From positions 8,564,772 through 8,628,771 of the forward strand of contig CM119265.1 in the NCBI GenBank assembly GCA_051294375.1: a DNA stretch of 64,000 nucleotides, given 5' to 3'. The notes below the pieces were generated by a model. It made no database searches. It was not told where the DNA came from and was given only the letters and a program-made list of their open reading frames with translations. Below, in pieces: positions 54,001 through 64,000 of this stretch. The position numbers and the translations under genes were made by a program. The stretch is from Paraspadella gotoi (Eukaryota; Animalia; Chaetognatha). Position 1 is the first letter of the stretch. Each line of letters opens with the position of its first letter.

Positions 54001-55493
54001 TTTTTATTACTTGAATTAGAAAAATGTAATAGAGAACATATTTCTTAATTGTCACTTGTATCATAGAAAAGGTGAACACGTTTTATTATAAACCCTGAAT
54101 CCTTTCTACACTGGACCGCGTTTTATCAAAATGACTCTCTAATTACAGTTTTTACAACAATGTTTTAAGATTGCTAATCAAAATTTTTAATTGCAATATT
54201 ATTACGCAAGGTCGTTTAGGCTGCAACTCTTCAAATTCCAGTGTAAGATTCATTGTAGACTCGAAATTTCTTTAACCATATACATTTAACTGAAGATTTT
54301 TGTTCATGACTGGAAACCATACAGAGTAACGAGATTAATAATTGGCTTATAATTCACCCCTTTCTAAACTATCGCATTCACGCGTGTTTTGAATTCTTAC
54401 ACTAGAATTTTTTTAACAACCAGATTGGAAAAAACAAATCTTTAAAAAATGTGGTCTTACCCATATTAACTTAACAATTTTCGGTTATTTACCCATTTAA
54501 AAAAAATATTGAACAAACGGAATGTTTAACATATAATAAGCAACCTTATTTTATTTTGTGTATTAACTAGACGACTATAATGTATTTCTCATATATTAGC
54601 TCAGTAAACACAATCAATGATTCATGTAATTGTTATAGCTGAATGACCTTTCCTCTTAACTAGACGTCTTTTTATTCTTGAAAAAAAAACAGAAATTATT
54701 TATTTTATAGTTTTATTTAAAAATTAAACTAAAAAAGATTACAAAAGTGTTTCTGAATCTTTATTCCATATCGTAATTTGGAATCCCGACGCGGGCCTTC
54801 CTACGTAAACCTATTTTGATTTCGATCTTTGGGGGGGGGCATCCAAAGTTGCCCTCATTATTTATTCTCCCGTTGAGGCGAAACCTTAATTTGATTCCGT
54901 GGAAATCCCGTCACGAATTTTGTTGCAATCAAACGTTCATCATTTCCGGCAATTTTTTTTTTAATTTTAATTAAATCTTATTATCTATTTCAATTTTTGG
55001 GGTTTCTTTAATCAAAACAGGAAACTTGCGCCCCCCATCGAAAAAAAAATAACCGTTGCATCTTAATGCTTAATTTTTTTATTTTTTTTGGCATACCGGC
55101 ATTTAACAACATTCGTGTTTATCGACATTTTATTTTTTGCAAAAAAAAAAAAGAAGAATTTATTCGAAACATCTTGGATCGAAAAAACTGTTCAGTATAT
55201 GTTCAATTGAAGACATGCTATCAACTCAACAAACATTCCCCCCCCCTCTCTTCACTGCATCTCTTCCCTCGCTCCGCCTATCCTACATGTGTCATCGCCC
55301 ACCTTCGATTATATAATCCATTTCCCTGGACTCTTGATCAAGAAGTTGCCTGCAAATTTTTTATTCCCGACTATCACAAAGCCTCACATCGATCCGTCAC
55401 CTTATATTCACTTTTTTTCCGGTGACCCTTCATTCGCCCCCTTAACCAATTAGAATAATTTTTGTTTTCTTTTCAAGAAAATGTTTTTTTTTT

Positions 55494-55847
55494 NNNNNNN
55501 NNNNNNNNNNNNNNNNNNNNNNNNNNNNNNNNNNNNNNNNNNNNNNNNNNNNNNNNNNNNNNNNNNNNNNNNNNNNNNNNNNNNNNNNNNNNNNNNNNNN
55601 NNNNNNNNNNNNNNNNNNNNNNNNNNNNNNNNNNNNNNNNNNNNNNNNNNNNNNNNNNNNNNNNNNNNNNNNNNNNNNNNNNNNNNNNNNNNNNNNNNNN
55701 NNNNNNNNNNNNNNNNNNNNNNNNNNNNNNNNNNNNNNNNNNNNNNNNNNNNNNNNNNNNNNNNNNNNNNNNNNNNNNNNNNNNNNNNNNNNNNNNNNNN
55801 NNNNNNNNNNNNNNNNNNNNNNNNNNNNNNNNNNNNNNNNNNNNNNN
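55494..55847. other. Assembly gap
   Basis: Run of N. Confidence 0.99.
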
Positions 55848-56029
55848 ATTATTACTTATTAGTCTCTTTTGATATTGAAAACCGTTTCCTTATTTGGATC
55901 CGAGTTGACCTCACCTTTTAAGTCGATTTCGGCGCAGAGAGAAAAAAATGGAACCAGCGCAAGCGGAAGTGAGGGAGGAAGGTAAGGTCGATCGGGAGGA
56001 AAGGAATGAAGAAAAAAGGAAAAGAAAAT

Positions 56030-56455
56030 GAAGAAATTAAAAAAGGGAGGAAAGAAAAGAAGTGAGAAAGATATGGGANNNNNNNNNNNNNNNNNNNNNN
56101 NNNNNNNNNNNNNNNNNNNNNNNNNNNNNNNNNNNNNNNNNNNNNNNNNNNNNNNNNNNNNNNNNNNNNNNNNNNNNNNNNNNNNNNNNNNNNNNNNNNN
56201 NNNNNNNNNNNNNNNNNNNNNNNNNNNNNNNNNNNNNNNNNNNNNNNNNNNNNNNNNNNNNNNAAGTGAGAAAGATATGGGGAAGAGAGGACCCTAAAAA
56301 AAGAGAGGAAAGGAAATAAGTGAGAAAGATATGGGGAAGGGAGGACCCTAAAAAAAGGGAGGAAAGAAAAGAAGTGAGAAAGATATGGGGAAGAGAGGAC
56401 CCTAAAAAAAGGGAGGAAAGGAAAGAAGTGAGAAAGATGGGGAAGGGAGGAGCCT
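56030..56455. repeat. ~55-bp purine-rich tandem repeat interrupted by an N gap
   Basis: AAGTGAGAAAGATATGGGGAAGAGAGGACCCTAAAAAAAGGGAGGAAAG units. Confidence 0.85.
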
Positions 56456-57765
56456 AGAAATAAAGTAGAAAACAAAATTACTTAATTGATGTAGTATGTT
56501 GATTTCTAAATAATTTTTTTTTCTTTCTCGCACCTTTTTACTTTATTTGTGTATAATTTGCATTCCTCTAAATCTATTTCCTTCTCTCATCGCCTTTTCG
56601 ACACAGTTCACCACTCTCTCTCTCTCTCTCTCTCTCCCCCTCTCTCTCTTCCATATTTCTACCCACAGGGTATTTTTTATGGGTAGCGCATTACTGGAAC
56701 CAAGGTTCATGGGTTATATTGAAAACAAATTTAGGTTACACGCGGAAGCACACGCAGTCAACGCCATTGGCATCTCGAATTCCCCGCAGCAATTTCTGCG
56801 CAAGTTGTGGCGGATTTCGACGAAACTCGATTGGCCCAATCTGTCGTCGACTCTGTCTCTATTCGGCAATTCTCTCTCCTGCGCCCCCTCTTCCCCAATT
56901 TTATTGGTTTTTGTTTTTTTAAGTCGCTTAATTCTCCGATACCCGAAGTCTTTTCCAACTAATCTGCTCGCCGGTCTTAATCGTTATTCCTCCTTTGGTC
57001 TAGACTCAATATATCCAAAATCCGTCCATCCTCTATCCATCTATCCATCCGTCCATCTATCCTATCCTACATCGAGATTCCTTGTAAGTGTTGGTCGCTT
57101 CAGTCTTATTTTCGCCATGAAATTTACCCTTAAATTTCAAAGCAGTCACCATCGTCTCACATCCTTCATCACCCGATCCAACCACCCCAGCACCCCTGGC
57201 TTTTCCCCACCTCAGTCTAACCCCCCCCTTTCGTCTACCCCCTCAATTTTCGGGGCCATGTTTTCTTTTAGTCGCATCTCAAAAGGATTTCCTGAACCCC
57301 GCTGTTTCCCCAACGAATAGAAAAAGCCTCGCGGTCGCCCTTCTTCTTCTATCTTCTTCTTCTATCTTCTTCTTGTTTCATTTCTTCTTCTTTCTTCCTC
57401 TTCTTTTTCTTCTTCTCAGCTTTCTGGTTCATCCTTTTATATTCTCTTTCTTCCTTTCACCCTTCTGCTAGCTATATTTCTCTATTTCTCCCCTGGACAT
57501 TCTCTTAAATATTCTTTAACTTTTTTGAATTTTCATAAAAATCTAATTATTTGAATTTCTTTATTTCAGCAATTTATTCCAATAATAACCGATCAATTTC
57601 TTCTCACATTTTTCTCACTGTATGAGAAAGAGAGAATGAGAAGTTTTCTTTCTGATTTCTTATAATTTAAATAATTTTTCATATCTTCTGTTATTCTTAT
57701 AATTATTGTTCCCCTCCTCCTTTTTTGCAAGAGTTTTTCAAAACAATCTCTCTTTCACAGTCCGT

Positions 57766-57838
<73 letters not shown>

Positions 57839-58496
57839 CTGCCTCAAGTCTTCGCTTCCGACGACGAGAGAGAGGGATGAGCCGGGACAACAGAGGAGAG
57901 ACAAGGAGCCTCAGTTTTTTTTTCTTTGTTTTGTTTATCTTTGTTTGGTTCTTTTTTTCGTTTTAGGTGAATCTTTTTTTTCTAGGGGGGGGTAGGGCGC
58001 CGCCCCTTTGCGATTTCTCTCCTTTTGTGAATTTACGGGTTCGTATTTCTCACGCTCGAGAGTGAGAGGAGGAGGGGAGTGAGGTGTGAGGTGTGAGAGA
58101 GGAACAATCGGAAAACGAAGATGAAAATGAGAAATGAAGTGAAGCGAATCTGGAAAGTGAAAGGAGAAAGTGAATCGAAAAGAATTTATTATGGGTTTGT
58201 TGAAACCAGACGTGGGAAAAAGAAAAAAAATGCAAAAACAAAGCAAAAAATAAAAAAGCAAAAAATAAAGCAAAAGATGAGCAGGTAAGCGAATGTGGGA
58301 AAGAAGAAAACTAAAGAAAATGTCAAAATATGATTCGTCAAAACTTAAAAGGTGAAGGAGGAAAAAAAAGGATCGAGAGGCGACGAAGACAAAGATCGGG
58401 TCGATTGACACTCAACACTCAACTGGATTTGAAAAGTGAAGACAAAGTCTGGGAAAGGAGATCAAATGGAGAGCGAGAGATGTCGATTGTGAATTG

Positions 58497-58589
<93 letters not shown>

Positions 58590-59859
58590 TAATGAATTCC
58601 TCATGTTACCGTTTAATATTCCTTCATTGATCGTAACGAAAATATTATTTGCATATTGTAGTGTTTTATTCGATAAAAAAAAATACTGCTTTACCAAAAT
58701 TTATTTTGAGATATATTGTTTAAAACATTAACAAGCTGTAAAAATGAAATTTGACGTTACGTCTTTACTTAGATAGACAGATGGACTGACACAGATCGAA
58801 CAACTTACTGAAAGTGTCTTCGGTTTGTAATCAGAAAGCGCAAGATATATATAATAAGCTCAAAAATGGAAACTTAAAATATTTCTTAAACAGTTAAATC
58901 AGTTTTATACTGTTAATACTGTTAATACTATTTTTGGTATTAATTTAAAAAAAATCAACAACATTGAACAGAGTATGAAATATAATCTGTATTAAATATG
59001 TAAAAAGTTTAAATTTAAAAAAAAGAAGTTAAAGCAGTTTAATCGTCATTAAACCAATCACTTTCTTTCTGAAAAAAAAGTAAGGAAAGGGCGCGGAACT
59101 CTTCGCCATTTCTTCTCTTTCTTCGCTTCTCACGTCCATCGCCGCTTCTTTTTCCTAGTTGAGCCTCCGCCGTTTAGCCTTCGAAACGACAGAGAGAGAG
59201 ACACACAGAGAGAGAGACAGAGAGAGAGAGAGACGGTAGACCTCGACGAAAGAAAAACATCCTTGACTCGGAAATCAATTCGTAGTCGGACGCCTTGGAG
59301 ACGCCGGGTCGACGCCGTCGTCATCGAGGCCAAAGTCGTCGACGTCGACGTCATCGACTCCATTGGCGCCATGTCGTCGTCAACTTTGATTGGGAGTTGA
59401 AGTTTCGTCATTCATTTTTACTTTGATTTTGGATGCGACTCAAATCAATGATGAAAATCGACTTTTTCATCTTACAAAGAAGATGACGTAAATGATGTCA
59501 AAGACGAAGACCAGAAGACCGTCTAGACCCCAAGAGATCATCATCTGACAGTTTACGAGAAATCGTCTCTTACTAAAACTAAAGACAAGGGAATCTTGCT
59601 CAAATTTAGTATTTCTGGTTTCCTTTTTTTTTTAATTTTCACCGAATAATCAATCTTATTGGTTTTTTCCTTGAATTAGGATTTTTGTCCGTGATTATAT
59701 CGATCGATTTTAAAATCAATAATCATTTCGTTGAGAATCGATTCTCTCGCTTCATATCGCATTTTTCTCTTTCTCTTCTACTCGGTTCTCCCTTTCCTCT
59801 TTCTTTCTCCTTTTCTCCTTTGTTCCCTATGTTTATCCTGACCCTTTTTCCAAGGTCCA

Positions 59860-60870
59860 CACACTTCCTTTTTACTCCTTTCCCCACAATTTTCTCTTTT
59901 CCTCCCTTTCCCACACTTCCTTTTTCCTCCCTTCCCCACAATTCCTTTTTTCCTCCCTTCCCCACAATTCCTTTTTTCCTCCCTTCCCCACAATTCCTCT
60001 TTCGCTCCCTTCCCCACAATTCCTCTTTTTCCTCCCTTCCCCAAAATTCCTTTTTTCCTCCCTTCCCCACAATTCCTCTTTTCTCCCTTCCCCACAATTC
60101 CTATTTTCCTCCCTTCTCCAAATTCCTCTTTTCCTCCTTCCCCACAATTCCTCTTTTTCTCCCTTCCCCACATTCCTCTTTTTCCTCCCTTCCCCACAAT
60201 TCTTCTTTTACTCCCTTCTCCACACTTCCTTTTCCTCCCTTCCCCATAATTTCTCTTTTTCCTCCCTTCCCCGCAATTCCTCTTTTTCCTCCCTTCCTAC
60301 AATTCCTCTTTTTCCTCCCTTCCCCACACTTCCTTTTTCCTCCCTTCCCCACAATTCCTCTTTTCCTCCCTTCCCACAATTATTTTTTTCCTCCCTTCCA
60401 CACAATTCCTCTTTTCCCCTCTTCCCCACACTTCCTTTTTCCTCCCTTCCCACAATTCCTCTTTTTCCTCCCTTCCCACAATTCTTCTTTTCCTTCCTTC
60501 CTCACAATTCCACTTTTGCTCCTTCCCCACAATTCTTCTTCTCCTCCCTTCTCCTCCCTTCCCCACACTTCCTTTTTCCTCCCTTCCCACAATTCCTCTT
60601 TTCCTTCCTTCCTCTTTTCCTCCCTTCCCTCAATTCCTATTTTCCTCCTTCTCCACAATTCCTAATTTACTCCCTTCCCCACAATTCCTCTTTTTCCTCC
60701 CCCAAAATTCTTCTTTTTCCTTCCTTCACAATTCCACTTTTGCTCCCTTCCCCACAATTCTTCTTCTCCTCCCTTCTCCACCTTCCCCACACTTCCTTTT
60801 TCTCCCTTCCCCACAATTCCTCTTTTCCTTCCTTCCCCACAATTCCTTTTTCCCTCCCTTCCCACATTCC
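59860..60870. repeat. ~26-30-bp CT-rich minisatellite (TTCCCCACAATTCCTCTTTTTCCTCCC)n
   Basis: Direct reading; accounts for the many spurious ORFs at 59685-60911. Confidence 0.92.
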
Positions 60871-61751
60871 CCTTTTCCCGCCCTCTTCTTCACTTGCTGA
60901 ATGAACCCCACTCCACGACCCGCGGAGTCGGAGAGGGAGAAGACGATGAGAAAGAAGACGACTCGATCCAGGATTGTTGGCGCCGTAAATGTTTTAATTG
61001 TTTCTTAGGCCACTCGTATCTTCTTGATGTATAGAAGGGTACCTTAATAAATAATCAAAGTAGATAGATATTCCAACAGACAATAAAATAATCAAATACT
61101 AATCTAATATAATCAAAGCGGTAAAACAATTATCAAAGTCACAAAATGTGCACAGAACGGTAGAGAAATAGTCCACGGCACAGTGCACGGCACAGTCCAC
61201 GGCACAGTCCACAAGTACGCGTCTTGAACGTCCAATTTGTAGGGAAGAATCCCGTTCCTGTGCAGAATCCCGAATGATCGAATCAGAAGACGACATGAAC
61301 GATCCTCACTGATACGAGAAAGTTAAAGAAAAAAAGAAAAGAATCGCTCTGACTCACCTTTATCAAAGAACCAAGAAGCAAAAACTAGATAATGAAACCC
61401 CAAAAAATCTCTCTATTAAGTTTAAGATGTAGAAGTTAGACATTAACGTGTACCGAAAAGATGAAGCCATAAATGTGGTAAATCCAGACAATTTGCTTAC
61501 AAATTATTAAAGGATTTTGATCAAAAAAAAAAGAGAGGGGATTACCCAAATTGACTCATCAGCCGCAACGACCCAAGAAGAGAAGTAAATTTAGAAAAAA
61601 GAAAGAGAAGAAAATGACTCGTGACTCAGAAGTGACAAGAACGACCCAAGCTTAAGAGAAGAGAAAAACCTCTCACAAACCGAGAGACCTCAAAATTTCG
61701 TGGCCATCAAGAAAGAGAGACGAACATCTGTCGCCCGAAACTTTAAGAGCG

Positions 61752-61837
<86 letters not shown>

Positions 61838-61994
61838 ACTCTCTCTCTGTGTCGGGCGGTCGGTAAGTCGGGCCTGTCAGTCAGTGTAGAGTGTAGAGGC
61901 CTTGCGGTCGGTCCGGATTTGAGGGACGGAAGTGGGGGCTGCTGGGTGAAGAGTGAGCTCGAACGGTTCATTGATTTCTGGAGTAACGACCGGG

Positions 61995-62062
<68 letters not shown>

Positions 62063-62204
62063 GGGGAATCAAGTAAGGAAGATGCAGTTGATTGCCCATT
62101 GGCCACGAAAAAAGCTGGAGAAGAGTCGGGAACGACGACGAGGGTTCGACGAACGTCGCCGGACGCGTCGGCAGAGTCGGCGGCGTCGGCAGAGTCGGCG
62201 GTCT

Positions 62205-62239
<35 letters not shown>

Positions 62240-63246
62240 TTGGCGTCGGCGTCGGCGTCGGCGTGGTTCGGCGTCAGCGGGCAATCAATTTCTCGATGAC
62301 AAACGAAACTCAAAGAAGAAGAAGAGAGTCGAGTCAAATGAGGCGTGGAAAGCAAAGGGTAGGGGGGGGCGGGGCCGGCTCGGCAGGGAGGGTTGGGGTT
62401 CAGAGAGGGATTCATGGGACTTGTCGGGACCTAGGGGTGGCTGTGGGGGAGGAAGGGGGTTAGAAGGGGAACGAATTAAGAGCAGTCGTAAAATAAAAAC
62501 GGACTATTTCATCGAAATACGAAAATACATACCATATTATTCAAGAATATCAATTAAGAATGAATTATTTTAATCGAAAATAATTATTTGTTCATGACTC
62601 AGAACATAAACGCATTTTTTATACATGTACTAGATCTTAGAATTAAAAATTTATTATTTCGAGTAACATTTTATTCTAAAAGTAAAGTCAAGAACCTGAT
62701 TGATTTTAAAATTCACGAGGTGAGATTTCAAACGTGAAAAAAAAAGAAGAAATCCAACTCTCTAATTGGAAAGATTTCGGTGAGAGGGAGGCAGAGGTGA
62801 TCCGTGAAGTTGTCTTTTTTTTCGGTTAGGGTTGATTGTCGGCGGGGGGGGGGCGGTTTCGCTTGATGAGTCGGGATCTCATCGAAAGATGATTCAGTGA
62901 GAGAGGGGGGTGGTGAAAGACGGGGGGGGGAGGGGTGAGGCGCTCGTGAGCCAAAAAAGCCAAAGACTCGTGCTCCGATCTGTTTTTTTTTTTTACGATT
63001 CACACTATGAGTCAGGGACTTCGAAGTAAAGAAGAGAAAGATGAAAAAAACGAATGAAAAAAAGATTAGTGAGAAAATGAGAAAAGTAGAAGAATCAAAT
63101 CCTTTCCGTTGATTAAATATAAAATTGATGTCTCCCCAGATTAGTTATATTTAAAGGGGAAGTAAGGCTGTGGGACAAAGAAATGATTGCGATGACCGAC
63201 AGGAAAAATTGGACTGAGAATTGTTGAAAAACGGGTATGCGAAATT

Positions 63247-63300
<54 letters not shown>

Positions 63301-64000
63301 CGATAACCTTCCTCGGGCGAAATCGCGTGCCTTCACCCGCGCCCACTTGCGGCGCGTTGCGGGCATCACCTGAGACGAGCTAAATCCACTGTGCGAGGGG
63401 GGGGGAGATCGATTCGATCGAGAGAATGGCGAGAGAGAGGGGGAGGGGGAGGTGAAGGGAGAAAGGTGAGAGAAAATCAAAAGGAGATAAAGAAAGAAAA
63501 TTAGGACCGAAATATTTTTACAATTTTTTTTTATTTAAAATTAGGATGACTCCTCGAGGACAGATATTAAAAATCCCGATAAAAAAAGAAAGGAGAAAAA
63601 AAATTGAAAAGTAGATCCTCAGAGATAAAGAAAATCTCGATCTAATCTTCCTGCCGAGAAATTTTTTTTTTTTCATTTCGTTTGAAAAGAAAATGCTCAT
63701 CATAACCGCGCGAAAAACGTAATCAAAACCATCCCTCGATTTTTATCTCTTACTCCGATTTTAATTTCAGATAAAATTTCTTTCTTTTTTTTTTTCTGAA
63801 TAAAACAGAACATCTTGCACTTGGAAGGAGAAAGCTGAAATGGTTAAAGACGTTCATTTTAACCTGGTGTATATCTGGGCTCAGTTCTCGGAAACCTGCC
63901 AAAAAGATGGTGTTTTGTGTTTGTAAATTTACATGTAGCCACCTCACGAATCTTGGTCTTTGGAAAACGACTCATATGCAAAACTAACATCTCTTTATGT

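Noticed and set aside
56547-57320. 257-aa ORF
   Set aside because: Non-ATG start, low-complexity S/P/F/L composition, no recognisable motifs and not the missing GPCR TM5-7.
59685-60911. 326-aa ORF and many antisense ORFs
   Set aside because: Translations of a CT-rich minisatellite; no domain signal.
61690-62573. Overlapping ~200-240-aa ORFs on both strands
   Set aside because: Held open by (GA)n, (GGC)n and (GTC)n microsatellites; no supportable product.

Overview
AT-rich, microsatellite-dense animal genomic DNA with spliceosomal introns and several N gaps. I reconstructed four protein-coding genes by hand. (1) A complete 6-exon class A (rhodopsin-type) peptide-receptor-like GPCR (+, 1128-4655) with a probable GC-AG intron. 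(2) A large-intron CCAP/neuropeptide-S receptor family GPCR (+, 10975 to at least 35147; TM5-7 exons not found). (3) An intronless 928-aa ORF nested in intron 2 of that receptor, with an N-terminal permuted papain-like (H...NC) module, a degenerate NERD-like segment and an SF1/Schlafen-type helicase. (4) A spliced antisense cupin gene (-, 29122-35208), mostly missed by the ORF track, that resembles the bacterial DddK/DddW DMSP-lyase cupins. Non-coding highlights are a minimal type I hammerhead ribozyme inside a long hairpin flanked by a 13-bp target-site duplication (Penelope-like), and a 42-bp tandem repeat that multiplies an in-frame splice acceptor of the receptor five times. The 37-45 kb direct/inverted duplication block is probably an assembly artefact. 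Most other ORF-track entries are microsatellite noise.
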